Source: Octopus sinensis (lineage: Eukaryota). Taken from it: a DNA stretch of 64,000 bases. Positions 11,736-25,829 of this stretch are shown here, piece by piece. The stretch's first letter is position 1. Every line of letters begins with the position of its first letter. The notes beneath the pieces are model-generated. The model was not told where the DNA came from. It ran no database searches and worked only from the letters and a program-made list of their open reading frames with translations. The translations under genes were made by a program, and so were the position numbers. The stretch lies in NCBI RefSeq assembly GCF_006345805.1, contig NC_043008.1:6014001-6078000 (forward strand). The letters run 5' to 3'.

Positions 11736-12825
11736 AAGCAGCAGCTTTCTGATGCTGCACCTGTTAGCATAACGCTGTATGCAATCATTAATATTAACAT
11801 ACTCGTTTGCTTTCTCCTATTGTATCCAGAGTATAAATAAACCATACTTTGGCTAATTAACAAGGTAAAAGTTTAGCAGCTGAATCACCAGCAATGCATC
11901 AACTGAGTGAAATAATATCACCATTATTCTTGGTTGCCTATCTCCATGATTGGAATATTCCAAATGGAAGTTGTTATAATCAGAAACATCAATCTGTTGG
12001 TTGCAAAAGAGAAAAATTAATGAAATGAATAAGCCACAAGTCTCTATAACCAAGTATCGAACACACACTGGGGATAAGAGAGGAATATTATAGATATATA
12101 AAGTCTGGCTGATGCATTGTTCAGGATGGAGATGTAGCCGATAGATGCTGGGGAAAAATATGATGAAGGTAGCTTATTACATTTGATATGCCAGTTTTGA
12201 AAAGATTTTGAGTTAAACAAAACATACACACACACAGACACACACACACACGCATATTTTTGTTTTCAATATTTAAGAAAGTGAAAAAAATAATGGTGAG
12301 GAACGTGAAGAAGTTCTTGCTTGTATTACCAGGAGATTCAGCGAATTCCTCACATTTCCAATATTCTTCATGGCATCTCGATTAGTATTCTTTTGGCCAC
12401 TTACCAATCAATGTTCATTTATTTTAACAAACTGATTCATATCTGGTTTCCCCCAAAAGACTCCTACACTTCTACCATTTTCTTCATCTGAATTTGTGTC
12501 TAAGTTACAGAACCGAGTGTCATAAAATGACAGGAGTAGAATTCTTTGTAACTGATTGGCTGACCAATTTCTTGTCATTTTCCTAGGATGACCTGCCATA
12601 GCTAGCCACAATGGTCATTCATCTTGACCACTACAGACAGCAGAGGCTATTGGAGTAATTCCTGAGAATTTTAAAAATTCAATCCAAATAGTCACGTCTT
12701 GATTACAACATAATGTCACATTGTTCCTGCTCTTCACCAACAGATGCGGTTTTAGTGAAAGCTGGGTCGTGTATCTGTTGATCATTCTCAATATTCTGTA
12801 ACTTCAGAACTGTATATATACCTAT

Positions 12826-13053
12826 TTCTTTACTACCCACAAGGGGCTAAACACAGAGGGGACGAACAAGGACAGACAAACGGATTAAGTTGATTACATT
12901 GACTCCAGTGCATAACTGGTACTTAATTTATCGCCCCCGAAAGGATGAAAGGCAAAGTCAACCTCGGCGGAATTTGAACTCAGAACGCAGCGGCAGACGA
13001 AATACCGCAAAGCATTTCGCCCGGCGTGCTAACGTTTCTGCCAGCTCGCCGGC
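12826..13053 (-). mobile_element. SINE S2, full length, little diverged
   Basis: Reverse complement begins gccggcgagctggcagaaacgttagcacgccgggcg; CpGs retained. Confidence 0.9.
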
Positions 13054-14054
13054 CTGTATGTATATTAAACCTACCATAACTATTTGTGAACCTTTGCTCT
13101 GCCTCTGTTTGAACCCACAAAGTCAACGTTCACAAATTCGAGGGGATCCTAACATAATGTAAGAATGTTGTCTGTTAGGTCATAGAGCTGTCTCTGAATA
13201 TTATAAAGGCCCCAAAATCCAAAATCTGTCATGTTCTCACATTGAAATGTTTTGAATGTATCTCTTGAACTGTTGCATTTTCGGGATACTCTGGAGAAGC
13301 AGACTTCAAGAAATCCAGGAAGTTCTTTTATTGCAGTATCATTCTGTTTGATCAATATTTTCTCTAATTCGTTGCTGTCTTTCAGTCTAAAACCTGTCAA
13401 CAGCAAAACGAACCTGTTGAATTTCTTCGCTTTCTTCAGATTGTTCTGCTTTCTTTCACTTGGCCTCTGAGGAAGATTTTCCAGATAATGAATAGCAGAT
13501 GACAGAAGTGACCAAAAATTCCCAAATCCCTGAATAGATAATATATTTAAAACACAAAATGTGTATTCTTCGTACTCTTTGAGAAGCACCACATTAGCTG
13601 CACATTATGAATGCCTACTCTGTCCGAACAGTATTTTCTGTATATTTTTTTTTTCCCAGGAAGTGAATCAATAAAGCTAGTTCCCATCATTGTTATTTCT
13701 ATCTAACTTTTCAATCTTTAAACACTGTTCATTTCCATTGATACAAGACGTCCTAAAACCTTCCGACATTTGGTTATCAAATACAATTATATCAAACACA
13801 ATTCCAAAGTCTGCAGATTTTAGAATACATTACAAATTATCTCATTGTTAACTGCCATCTTCTATTCCATTTTTTCTCTTTCCCTCCTTGTTTTATTCTA
13901 TATTCTATGAACTCATTCACTCTTTCTTTCTTTCTTTCTTTCTTCCCTTTCCTCTTCTTTGACCCTTTTTGACATTCCATGGTTATGCCTTTCCATAATT
14001 TTATTTCTCACTTTCTTCTTTATGTAGTCTTTCTCTTTCAGTCATAGACATCAT

Positions 14055-14560
14055 CATCATCATCGTTTAACGTCCGTTTTCCGTGCTAGCATGGGTTGGA
14101 TGGTTCGACCAGGGTCTGGGAAGCCAGAAGGCTGCACCAGGCTCCAGTCTGATCTGGCAGTGTTTCTACAGCTGGATGCCCTTCCTAATGCCAACCACTC
14201 CGTGAGTGTAGTGGGTGCTTTTTACGTGATCACCGGCACAGGTGCCAGGGGAGGCTGGCAGTGGCCATGATTTTTATGTGCCACCGACACAGAAGCCAGT
14301 CAAGGTGGCGCTGGCATTGGCCACACTCAGATGGTTCTTTTTATGTGCCACCAGCACAGGTATCACAACTACAATTTGCATTTAATATTTATTGTGATGT
14401 TGATTTACTTGACTCAATAGGTCTCCTCAAGCACAGCAGGCCACCCTACGATCCAAGGTAAGCACAGCAGGTCGTTCTGCAATCCAAGGTACTTTGGATG
14501 GGCTGGAGCTATGCGAAACTGGTGCAGGAAGCAGCCATGAACTCACACTATTTGTCGGGT
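14055..14560 (-). mobile_element. SINE S3 with internal tandem subrepeats
   Basis: catcatcgtttaacgtccgttttccgtgctagc...; repeated ttttatgtgccaccg.cacag units. Confidence 0.85.
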
Positions 14561-15814
14561 CTGTTACCATGTTTACCTTCGACCATCATATATGGCAACA
14601 ATATGTGATCAGGTTTAGTATCTGATGACTGTACAGCAATTCTGAATCCCTTTGCTAGGGTGTACATGAGGGTGGGACCTGTAGCGAACAGAAATACATC
14701 ACAGTCCAATGACAGGCAACCTTTTGCAGTACTTTGGTATATGTCCAGCATCATTTTATTTCTTTTAACAAATCCTATGTTATTCAGAAAATGGAAGAAT
14801 TAGACAACTAAGAACAGACCACACACACACACACACACACACACAGAGAAAATTGCCGAAGAAAGGCTAGATTATTTAAAATAAAAACAGTTGTAAGAGA
14901 CAAAGAACAAAATGCTGCAAATAACAGCAAGCCATTAGTTTCTGATGTATTCCTGTTCATAACAAAAGAACAGAGAGTCAGAATTGGTGTAAGATCACAG
15001 AGTAATAGAGTGTTCGTGTGACCTCCATTCCAACACAGAGTGACAAATGAACTAATTAATTAATGCAAGAGTAATTAAACAAAAGACAAAAAGCTAATAC
15101 AAAGAAAGTGAGAATAAAAAAAAGTATATTTTATTAATTCTGATCCCCTCTCTTTGGTGTGCAGATTACATTGGTGGGGTTTGCCGAGAGTAGATTTCAC
15201 AGACAGTTGGTCTTTGACTCTGACAACATTTGTTAATTTTTGGAACTGCTTATTGATCTAAAATAAGGAGGGGAATTAGCAGAGTTGTTAGAGCACAAGA
15301 CAAAATGATTTTTGGTAGATATATTCTAGTTTCCAGTGTTCTCAGTTCAAATTTCCCCAAAGTCACTTTCACCTTTTGGGCATTTGGCTGGGACAATAAA
15401 ATAAAGCAACAGTCCAAGACTGAGGAATTGTTAGAAATATCAGTGTATCAAATGAGATACCTTGTGGTATTTGATCCAGTTCTTTAGTAGTAGACATAAT
15501 CCATCACCCAGGTTAACACCACCTCCAGCACCATCACCATCACCTGATCTCTGGATGCCTTTAGTAGAGTTAGCAAGTATTTAGGACAGGTCCCTGAAGC
15601 AATTTCCTTCTCTACTTTCACTAATGTTGGGTAAGGGTCCTAAACAAATTTATGAGAATGGGCACTGCCCTAGTGATTTGAAAACCTCCCTTGACTGAGG
15701 ATGAATAAGAGTATTTATATATATATATGGCCTTAGGTAGCTAAATGTTGAAGTTTCTGCATAAAAAAGTGAATACAGAAAAACTAAACATATAGACATG
15801 TGCACAGACAACTT

Positions 15815-16105
15815 ATGTATGTATGTATGTATGAATATATGAATGTATGTATGTATGTATGTATGTATGAATGTATGTATGAATGTATGTATGAATATAT
15901 GAATGTATGTATGTATGTATGTATGAATATATGTATGAATGTATGTATGAATATATGAATGTATGTATGTATGTATGTATGAATGTATGTATGAATGTAT
16001 GTATGAATATATGAATGTATGTATGTATGTATGTATGAATGTATGTATGAATGTATGTATGTATGCATGTATGCGTGTATGTATGTATACACACACACAC
16101 ACACA
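15815..16105. repeat. (TATG)n/(TATGAATG)n microsatellite
   Basis: Seen directly. Confidence 0.95.
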
Positions 16106-17267
16106 TCCCTATAGATATTCATATATATATATTATAACTGATATATTTAGCGAGCTGCTCATTCACCTGAAATAACTGTTTTTTGAATGGAAATACTTTC
16201 AGGCCTTGAGTGAATTTAAGACAAGTATCAGCTAAAATGAAAATATTGCTAATGTTTTTCTTAAGTATGGATACATTACCTGTTTTATATTAGTAAACAC
16301 TTTCTGATTAAAACCTCCAATTTGTAAAGTAAATGATTAAATTGGAAAACTATCCAGTTAATCATACCCTGGAAGACTAGTTGAAATAGAAATTTGTTGT
16401 AATGTATGATTTGTACATGATGCCTCAATATCTGTGTTTAGAAGGAGAATATGTCGCAAATAAATATCTGTAAAAGAGTTGCTCATCTAAGAAGATGGAA
16501 GCATTGATCTGGTATGTCAAAACTAGTTAGAATTATTGATTTCAAGTAGAAAATTCTCATGTGTGGGGAAGAGAAAAGAGAAACATCAATGAGAAAGGAA
16601 GCAGCTTTCTATTGGATAACACAAAAGGCATTAAAAATATACATCATCTGGAAGGAAGAGATGAAGGACGAGTCTTGGAAATTACTACCGAAAGTGAAAC
16701 AAATAAGATAAGCCTAACGCAAAGAGGATAAAATAAAAAGAAATAAAAAGAAGACGCCATTCAGAAACATAAAATTACAAGGAAACAAACATGCGGCAAA
16801 AATATGAAACATCAGTTGGGGTTTAGTGCATGATTGAAAGCAAGGTTGTGCCTGGATGCAGGGGTAAGTCAAAAAGTCTGTACAAATTATTTCAATTCCA
16901 CTCAAAGAAATTGAAAGCCTTTCTATTGGTTTCTGACATATCGGTTCCTTGTAGTTCAGGTGCAGCTAATAACTTATACAATAATTGTGATGTACAAAAA
17001 CAGGCAGTACAGCTGATAAATTCTTCTTGATAATATTAGGTTCTGTTAAAAGAATTCTACACACACACACACATATGCACTGTATATTTTATATACGGTG
17101 CATGAGTGTGTGTGTTTATACATACATGTATATATATATATATATATGTATAAAGTAAGATATAAGTTAGAGGTTATGCAACCATCTAAGGGATATATAT
17201 ATCCATAGGCACTCCTGGTGTATTACCTCATTATGTATAGTTCTCGTTGAAAGGTATACAGTAGTAG

Positions 17268-17364
17268 GTAATTTGGTACGATCGTTTCGCACTGTTGTAA
17301 AACTGTTGTAATACTTACAACATTTAATAAAATGATGTAGTGTGAAATGATCGTACCAAATTAC
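17268..17364. repeat. Short inverted repeat, 26-bp arms (MITE-like)
   Basis: gtaatttggtacgatcgtttcgcact / agtgtgaaatgatcgtaccaaattac. Confidence 0.7.
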
Positions 17365-17514
17365 TGGAGTTATTCTTGTTGCTCATTTTGATTATAATCA
17401 CCCCATGGATTTATATGGATAACACCATACAGAATTCTGGTACATCTAACTTAAGTACCATATTCATTTGAATCTAAATTTTGCTGAACTTATATATATA
17501 TATATATATATCAT

Positions 17515-17625
17515 CATCATCATTGTCGTTTAACGTCTGCTTTCCATGCTAGCATGGGCTGGACGATTTGACTGAGGTCTGGCGAACCAGATGGCTGCAC
17601 CAGGCTCCAATCTGATCTGGCAAAG
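17515..17625 (-). mobile_element. SINE S3 3' fragment
   Basis: S3 tail inserted within (TA)n. Confidence 0.85.
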
Positions 17626-17672
17626 TTTATATATATATATATATATAAATACATGTAAACACATACATGTTT

Positions 17673-17745
<73 letters not shown>

Positions 17746-17812
17746 CATGCAAATGCATATGTGATTCATATACTGTATGTGTGCATATGCGTGGTATATG
17801 TTTCTATATATA

Positions 17813-19404
17813 CACTGGGTTGGTCCAAATGTCCTTTAGGCTTTTCTTGACCCCAGACTTGAAGCACTCTAATAAGCAGCTAATTTCAGTCTGTTCATTA
17901 GGCATGCACACTAACTGGATACTCGACACTTCATTGTAGTCCAACGTAAACTTGTCACATGACAGGTTGCGTTTTGTGCGCTTGGATTCACCTTGGAAAT
18001 GGAGAACCAAAACGAACATTATCAACACCTAATGTTTTCTTTTATTTAAAAAAAAGGCAATAAAGAGGTAGAAACCTACTACAAGACATGATGCACAGTT
18101 ACACAATGATTGTATGCGAAGAGGTTTACAAGATTTCAGATGGGATAGTTTTGGGTTCAAGTCGCACCTTGCTCTGGCCAGGCAGCTGAGCTTAACAGTG
18201 ATAAAATGAAAGAGATGTTAACACCAACCCCGTTAGATGTCCCAGGATGATTGTACATGTTCTCCAAATACCCAAGCTAAGTGTTGAAAACCATCTGCTT
18301 AAACTTGGTTATATCAGCTGGTTTCTGTTTGGGTCTCACATTATTTAAGAGAGGAATTTCCTGTGATTTGTTGCAGAAACATGAAGAAAATTACCCTTTT
18401 TCTCAAGGGAGTAGTGGACAAGGGAGTAGTGAAAGCGCCTGGCTCAGTGGTTAGAGCATCAGGCTCACAACCATGAGGTAGTGAGTTCGATTCCTGGATC
18501 AGGCTCTGTGTTGTGTTCTTGAGCAAGACACTTTATTTCATGTTGCCCTTGTTCACCCAGCCGTAGAAATTAGTTGCGACATCACTGGTGCCAAGCTGTA
18601 TCAGCTTTTGCTTTTCCCTTGGATAACATCGGTGGCATGGAGAGTGGAGGCTGGTATGCATTGGCAACTGCCAGTCATCCATAAAATAACCTTATCCAGA
18701 CTTGTGCCTTGGAGGGTAACTTTGTAGGTGCAATCTCATGGTCATTCATGACTGAAGGAGGTCTTTACTCTAGTGACAAGGGATGAAAAATGAATCATCT
18801 ATAACAATATGAAGTGCAAATAATCATGAACGAAGCATGGTGAGCAACCACAAACATCCTCCAAAGCAGGACTTCACCTGAAGAAGGTTCTGCTTTTGAC
18901 TCGATAGGATTTTAGAACGGTGTAGTCTTAAGTTTCTTCCTATGGACAAAACCATCAATTCAGATATGTTAGACAAATTAGACACAATGATCTCCCTGAA
19001 GCTTTCAACACCTATTAACTGTAAGGGCATTCCATGACTTCCATCATGACAATGCCACACAACACACTTTGTCACAAACATAGCAGACGTTGCTGGGTGG
19101 AAAGTTTTGCCACGATTTTCATGTTTGCTTGAACTTGCAACAACAGATTTCAACTTGTTTCAATCTCTCCAAAATTCACTGAATGGACAGACCTTCAGTT
19201 CTGAAGAGGTTGTGAAAATTCACGTGGAAGAAAATTTTTTTTGACAGCAAAAACAGAAAATTCATTGAGCAAACAATAATAGATCTGCTCATGTGATGGC
19301 AGAAGATTCTGGAACAAAATAGTAATTATATCATTGATTGAATAAAGAGCTTTGTGTCTTCTTTTTGCTTAAAAGATGTAAATAAACTTATTCACCAACC
19401 CAAC
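17813..19404 (+). mobile_element. Decayed mariner (Tc1/mariner) DNA transposon, interrupted
   Basis: MENQNEHYQHLMFSF at 17999; DEK*IIYNN at about 18782; TFSSEEVVKIHVEE near 19190; imperfect TIRs ctgggttggt.. / ..accaacccaac. Confidence 0.8.
18433..18770 (+). mobile_element. SINE family S4 (tRNA head tggctcagtggttagagc), inserted in the mariner
   Basis: A box tggctcagtgg and B box gagttcgattcc; body shared with 46912-47275. Confidence 0.85.
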
Positions 19405-19435
<31 letters not shown>

Positions 19436-19749
19436 CCTCTGTGTATGTGTATAGTATATCACCATTTTCACGTTTGCTTTTCCATTTTCTGTGCTTGCAT
19501 GAGTTAGCTGGAGTTTGAGTCAGATTTGCTATGGGTAGACACTCTTCTTGTCTCAAACCAGATTCTGTTACTGCCAAACAAAGTAATATTTCTACACGCC
19601 CAGCCACAATTTTGCAGAACATTGAAAACAAATTACATTGCCTGTATGACAGTGACAACCATCACGCAATGTGAAGAAAAGGAAACACAGACATACACAC
19701 GTATATACACACACAACTCACTCCCCCAATATAAATAAATATATATTAA

Positions 19750-20137
19750 GGGAGGAAGCACTCCGTCGGTTACGACAATGAGGGTTCCGGTTGATCCGAA
19801 TCAACGGAACAGCCTGCTCGTGAAATTAACGTGTAAGTGGCTGAGCACTCCACAGACACGTGTACCCTTAACATAGTTCTCGGGGATATTCAGCGTGACA
19901 CAGAGAGTGACAAGGCCGGCCCTTTGAAATACAGGTACAACAGAAACAGGAAGTAAGAGTGAGAGAAAGTTGTGGTGAAAGAGTACAGCAGGGATCACCA
20001 CCATCCCCTGCCGGAGCCTCGTGGAGCTTTAGGTGTTTTCGCTCAATAAACACTCACAACGCCTGGTCTGGGAATCGAAACCGCGATCCTATGACCGCGA
20101 GTCCGCTGCCCTAACCACTGGGCCATTGCGCCTCCAC
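19750..20137 (-). mobile_element. SINE family S5 (tRNA head), full length
   Basis: Reverse complement gtggaggcgcaatggcccagtggttagggc...ggtttcgattccc; body shared with 32710-33060. Confidence 0.9.
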
Positions 20138-20489
20138 AAATATATATATATATATATCAGTAGAACATATAAATGAGGTGAGAGGATAGATGTTTATTCC
20201 ATTTGTTTACAGCTGTTTCATAATCTTGGTTAGTCAACATTCACTTGTATATAAAATATCCATAAAATATATTTATAAAGAAATATATAAGCAGGTGTAC
20301 CCCCATGATATACAAGGGGTGTTGTGATGGAAACTGAAAAGCTTTTTTCAGCTCCTGTCTACTGTATTTACTTACGTGGCTTTGGTCAGTCTGGAGCAAT
20401 TATTAGAAGATATGCAGTGGGCCTGAACCTAAAACCATGTGGCCAGGAAACAAATTTCTTAACCACATAGCTATGCCTGTTCCCACTAA

Positions 20490-20815
20490 TGGTAAAGGGT
20501 AAAAACCCCACTTCAGTCATGAATGACCATGGGATTGTACCTAGAACGTTCCCCCCCAATACACAAATCTGTGCAAGACCAGCAGATGCCTATACTAACC
20601 AGCCTTTCCTCTCTGTGCCACCAATGTTATCCAAGGGAAAGGCAAAGGGGCTGATACAGCTTGGCACCAGTGATGCCACAATTCATTTCTACAGCTGAGT
20701 GAACTGGAGCAACGTGAAATAAAGTGTCTTGCTCAAGAACACAACACACAGCCTGGTCCGGGGATTGAAATCACAGCCTCACTATTGTAAGCCCAATGCT
20801 CTAACCACTGAACCA
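20490..20815 (-). mobile_element. SINE S4
   Basis: Reverse complement of S4. Confidence 0.8.
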
Positions 20816-21500
20816 TTATGTACATATAAAATACATACAAGCACCCCAGCATTATAAACGCCTCAGCTTAAGGAAATTATAAAGTATAATTACTTTGTAG
20901 TTTTGCCCTTATGGAAATCCAGATAAATTTTAACTAGTTTCTTCTTAGCTGAAATGTCAAGGAGTAGCATTTTGTTTAAGATCACAGTTTAGTTAATGAT
21001 ATGTGGTATTATAATAATCATGATACATACAAATATATGTGTGTGTTTATGTCACTGAGATTATAGAGCATAGGGTAGAAAATTTGACCATGAAGTTTTG
21101 TGTCTGTATATTTTCTGACTGCCCTTCATCTGCCTGTCTGATGAAGGGCAGCAAACCAAAACTTTGAGGTCACAGTCAACCTTTTCTTTGTAAAAGCATG
21201 TGTGTGTGTGTGTGTGTGAGAGAGAGAGTGAGAGAGAGAGAGAGAAGAGAGAGAGAGTATATTTATATATATTATGTGGTAAGGGTTCAACAAGTCGGAT
21301 ATTACTTGATCAGCTAAGAAAGTAAGGATAATGTTATAATAAAAATCAAGAGTCTTGTTAATAACTGCTACCCAGGGTTTCATGGGTGAAACATTTATTT
21401 TACCATTTGGTCAACCTGGAAAATGGTGAAATAAATGTTTTGACTATAAAACACTGGGTAGCTGTAATTAACAAGATTTTTGGTTTTTTTATTATAACAT

Positions 21501-21557
<57 letters not shown>

Positions 21558-22283
21558 GTTCATCATAAAATTTATATCATCGTGATAAGTTCAATATTTC
21601 AAAGAAAGCATGGTCACTCTGATGACTGCAGCGAAGTAAATGACGATAATGGGAGAGCGGAGGTGGGGGGGGGGGGTAGAAAAAAAAGAATTAAGATACA
21701 AATTGAGTGATGTTGAGTGTGTTAGTGTAGGAAAATGGTAACATTCACAGACAGCAGAAAATAGATTACGGACATAATCACACACACACACACACGCATA
21801 CACACAAATATGGGAGTAGGTGGACGTGTGTGTGTGTGATGTATTGAAAACTGTAATATTTTGCTGTGGTGATGATGCTGATAGGCTGTATGGTAATGGA
21901 ACTGGGTGTGGTGGTCATGGTGGGGGCGGTTGTACATAACAACAGTTAGGAGTTGATGGTAAAGTATTTACTTTCGGGGGGACTATAATTTGAAAAAAAA
22001 AGATAATAATACTACTCAATGGCTTGGGGCAAATAATTGTCTTCTGTTAAATTGTTATCTTCCTAAATTTCAATTCTCAAAAAGTCACTAATAACTTTGG
22101 AACAAAATCAAAGACAATGGTATATAAATTATAGATTTACAGATACAATATTTAGAACTTTTTAAAGAATTGACAGCACAGCGTTGTCTCTCTTGTTAAG
22201 GTTCGTGCCATACAAGCTACCCTCTGATATAAAAATAAAGATGTCATACAATGCATTATGAATATTTAAAACCTTCTCAACAT

Positions 22284-22732
22284 GTTCTATATTTAAGAGA
22301 TGAGGAATTATATACATTATTTACATTTGACGGATATTTGTCCTCATCTTGTTGATAACACATTGTTTCGGCTGATATACCCTCCAGCCTTCATCAGGTG
22401 TCTTGGGGAAATTTCAAACCTGGGTTCTCATTCCTAAAGTAGTTTTTTATGTTATTATTATTATTATTATATGCCCATGGGCATATGGCATAGTGGTTAA
22501 GAGCATGGGCTACTAACCCCAAGATTCCGAGTTTGATTCCAGGCAGTGACCTGAATAATAATAATAATAATAATAACAACAACATTGAAAAATACCCTAG
22601 GAATGAGAACCCAGGTTCGAAATTTCCCCAAGACACCTGATGAAGGCTGGAGAGTATATCAGCCATAACGTTAAGTAACAACAAAGAAGATGAGGACAAA
22701 TATCCGTCAAATGTAAATAATGTAAATAATGT
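22284..22732 (+). mobile_element. P1 element copy B
   Basis: Inverted body 22284-22470 with extra tail; head from about 22478 (ggcatatggcatagtggttaag..gagtttgattcc); both HHRs mutated. Confidence 0.9.
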
Positions 22733-22789
22733 ACTTATCAACATGGTCATGCCATGGCAGAATAATATCCCGGTATCTTTTATCATTGA

Positions 22790-23130
22790 TTTGTTTCAGT
22801 CATTAGACTGTGGCCAAGCTGGGGCACCACCTTGAGGAATTTTAGTCCAGTGAATCGAATATCAGTGCTTATTTCTAAAAGCTTGCTGCTTATTCTATTT
22901 GTCTCTTTTGCCGAACTGCTAAGTTACGAGGATGAAAACACACCAATACCGTTGTCAAGCAGTGGTGAAAGACAAACACAGACACAAAGACACACACACA
23001 GATATGTATATATTTGACAGATTTCTTTCAGTTTCTGTTTACCAAATCCACTCACAAGACTTTGGTCAGCCTGAGACTATAGTAGAAGACCCAGAAATAT
23101 GTAGTAGGGAAGCAAACTTCTCACCACATA
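22790..23130 (-). mobile_element. SINE S1, diverged
   Basis: ttgtttcagtcattagactgtggcc ... ccataaccatgcctgcacc. Confidence 0.75.
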
Positions 23131-23289
23131 ACCATGCCTGCACCAAGAATAATCTTTGATTTCATTCCTCATGCTAGCAGGGTGCAAAGAGCACCATATG
23201 AGTGTGATCGTTGACAGAGCACTTGTGACCGTGCTAGTAGGGTACCAAGAGCACCATCTGAGCATGATCATTGCCAGAGCGGTTAACTG

Positions 23290-23615
23290 GCTTCCGTGCC
23301 GGTGGCATGTAAAAGGGCACCATTCAAGCGTGATCGTTACCAGTGTCGCCTTACTGGCACCTGTGCCGGTGGCATGTGTAAAAAGATTCGAGCGAGGTCA
23401 TTCCAGTACCGCCTGACTGGCCCCCATGCCGGTGACACATAAAAAGCACCCACTACACTCTCGGAGTGGTTGGCGTTAGGAAGAGCATCCAGCTGTAGAA
23501 ACTCTGCCAGATCAAGATTGGAGCCTGGTGCAGCCATCTGGTTCACCAGCCCTCAGTCAAAATCGTCCAACCCATGCTGGCATGGAAAGCGGACGTTAAA
23601 CGATGATGATGATGA
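23290..23615 (+). mobile_element. SINE S3
   Basis: Internal ccggtggcatgtaaaa subrepeats and the S3 tail. Confidence 0.85.
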
Positions 23616-23706
23616 ATTTTAATAATCACAAAGAGAAGATGAAGAGAAGTGAAGCAGTGTTTTCTCGAAGGTAATTAAGTGGAGCTCTTGCTACAGTGAA
23701 TTCACT

Positions 23707-23935
23707 TTAACCCTTTGGCATTCAGATTCCTCTGTCAAATGTAATTCTTATTTATTCATAATGTTTGAAATTAATAATGCACCATCTTATAACTTCAAGG
23801 TTTTAATGATAAGATTGTATATTCTTAAAATGACATTGTAGGGTAGGTGTGAGACACCAGATCTAGCCAGTTTGAACATAAAAACAAGTCAAATATCTTG
23901 GCCAGGTACAGCTGGTTTAAATACAAAAGGATTAA
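23707..23935. mobile_element. piggyBac-type MITE family M2
   Basis: TTAA|ccctttg ... caaaagga|TTAA; opposite-orientation relative at 47675-47902. Confidence 0.65.
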
Positions 23936-24369
23936 AGATAGAATAAAAGATTACAACTCTCAAGTTCAGAAGAAGCAACACGCATGAAACAAAGAATATT
24001 GCTTTCAAGGATATTCTCTCCTAACATTACACATCCAGTACTCCCTACATGAACTTTACACCATCTCAAGAAAATAAATGGTTAAAATAAATGGTTAAAA
24101 AAAAAGTAGAATTTCAAAAGACATGTATTTCATGATTCTGTTTAAACTTCCAGCAATCTTATAACCATCAAATTAACCAAAACAATTTTGTGAGTTTTAA
24201 TAACATTAAAAAGTCGCTCCCATTTCTGTTACTAAAATTCAGTTTCATCTTACAGTACATGATTCACTTGGAGTGGGGTATACATCATCAGCTTGATCAG
24301 GAATAGTGAAAAAACATTACATTTTAGTTATGCCCCTTGTTAATTATGCTCCTCTCCAGCACTCCCCTC

Positions 24370-24597
24370 TTAACCCTTTCATTACTGTATTTATTTTGAG
24401 ATGCTTTGTGTTTCTTTCAATTACTTTAAATATAACAAAGAATTTAGTAAAATAACTTGGTTATCATTAAGCTAGTGTTAGGAACATAAATTGTGACTAA
24501 GGTTTGGTGGAAGATTTTAATTCAGAACTTTTGAAAATAAGACATTTGTACTCAGAGCCAGAGGCAGTTTCAGCCGGGTCGGTATCGAAAGGGTTAA
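24370..24597. mobile_element. piggyBac-type MITE family M1, intact ends
   Basis: TTAA|ccctttc ... gaaaggg|TTAA. Confidence 0.8.
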
Positions 24598-25829
24598 CAC
24601 ACCAGGTCAGAGAAAAATTACTATTCTTGGTCAAACAATCACAGGGGTTAAAGACTATATTCCATAGTTTCAGTCTCTACAAAATTGGATGACAGCATGT
24701 AAAAATTTCATGTGAAAAACTACCTGAAAGTGTACCACCAACAGCCAATATTTAACCTCAGTCAAAGAGACAGAAATTTTCCAAGTGTTGCAGCCTCTGT
24801 GCTGGTCATCCGCTCCGGCTAGAGAAGAGCAGCACATTGAACTCTGACTCAGAGAATCTGAACTCAACCCCATCCACTGTTAACCATGACAATCAGCAGT
24901 GTATGGCCACCAGACACTGGTCATTGTTTCTCATTGGGGAAGAATTAGAACTAAGATTCTGAAGTGCATTTTTAACCACTTCTGCCAGATACTGTTGAAA
25001 GTGTAGCAGGCCTTAAGGTAGACATCAACTCCCAGTGGGGAGAAACTTCCATATAGTCACAACCATTCCCAGAGAATATCTGACAGTACAAAGTGTTAGA
25101 ATCTATGGCATCCAAGTATATAACAGGCAAACACAATTTCTCCATTGACAACAATGCTGATGGAATCATAGAAACCATTGTCTGCAAAGAACTATATTAA
25201 ACAAGTTGAGTTGATGGTAGCATATTTACCCAGTTTTCATATAATTGAGATTATCTTTTCGAAAATCTGATATTAATAATTTTGTTTCTTTATATTTCAC
25301 ATTATATTTGGTGGAAGATTAAGATCTATACAATTTTGAAATGTTCCTAACCTTACAATCACCGTGATCACAGAAAAATCAACATTTTTCCTACAAAATA
25401 GCAAGGAGACTGACTTTTATTGCATTTATACTGAGACTGTATAAACATTTTGCAACAATAACAAACAATTACTAATGGACTAACAAAATTTGTTTCCAGA
25501 AAAATCTGCAAAAGCTGAAGAGTTAATGGTACACAACTATCTTGAATTACAACAACTCAAATTTTGTTCAACATTTATTGAATATTTGTTCTTCCAACAT
25601 ATATACATACATACATACACATATATATATATATCATCATCATCATTTTTAGCATCCAACTCACAAACACACATACACACACACACACACACACACATCA
25701 TGTTTACAACACAATTCTTGGTTTATAAACAGTATTGTAGAGTCAATACCTCCATCTTATCAATCATGCTATATTATATTGGTATGACAAAGGACGACAG
25801 TGGGGCTTTTCTATATGCTATACTTTAGC

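Noticed and set aside
11384-11863. Poly-Asn, poly-Leu and poly-Tyr ORFs
   Set aside because: (AAT)n microsatellite
11900-12180. Possible Tc1 WPxQSPDLNPIEHLW remnant
   Set aside because: Requires several substitutions and frameshifts; not supportable
12270-12800. Idea that in-frame TGA stops are recoded (A-to-I to Trp, or Sec)
   Set aside because: No evidence beyond frame openness; TGG>TGA decay or chance explains it more simply
16400-17040. Possible RLE-LINE C-terminal remnant
   Set aside because: Motif similarity too weak to call by eye
19750-20137. tRNA gene look-alikes at SINE heads (also 18433, 22478, 46912)
   Set aside because: A and B boxes are present but there is no complete cloverleaf or acceptor stem, and each continues into a SINE body
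21119-21150. 12-bp hairpin containing CTGATGAAGGGC
   Set aside because: No downstream GCCC-GAAA; too short to distinguish from chance
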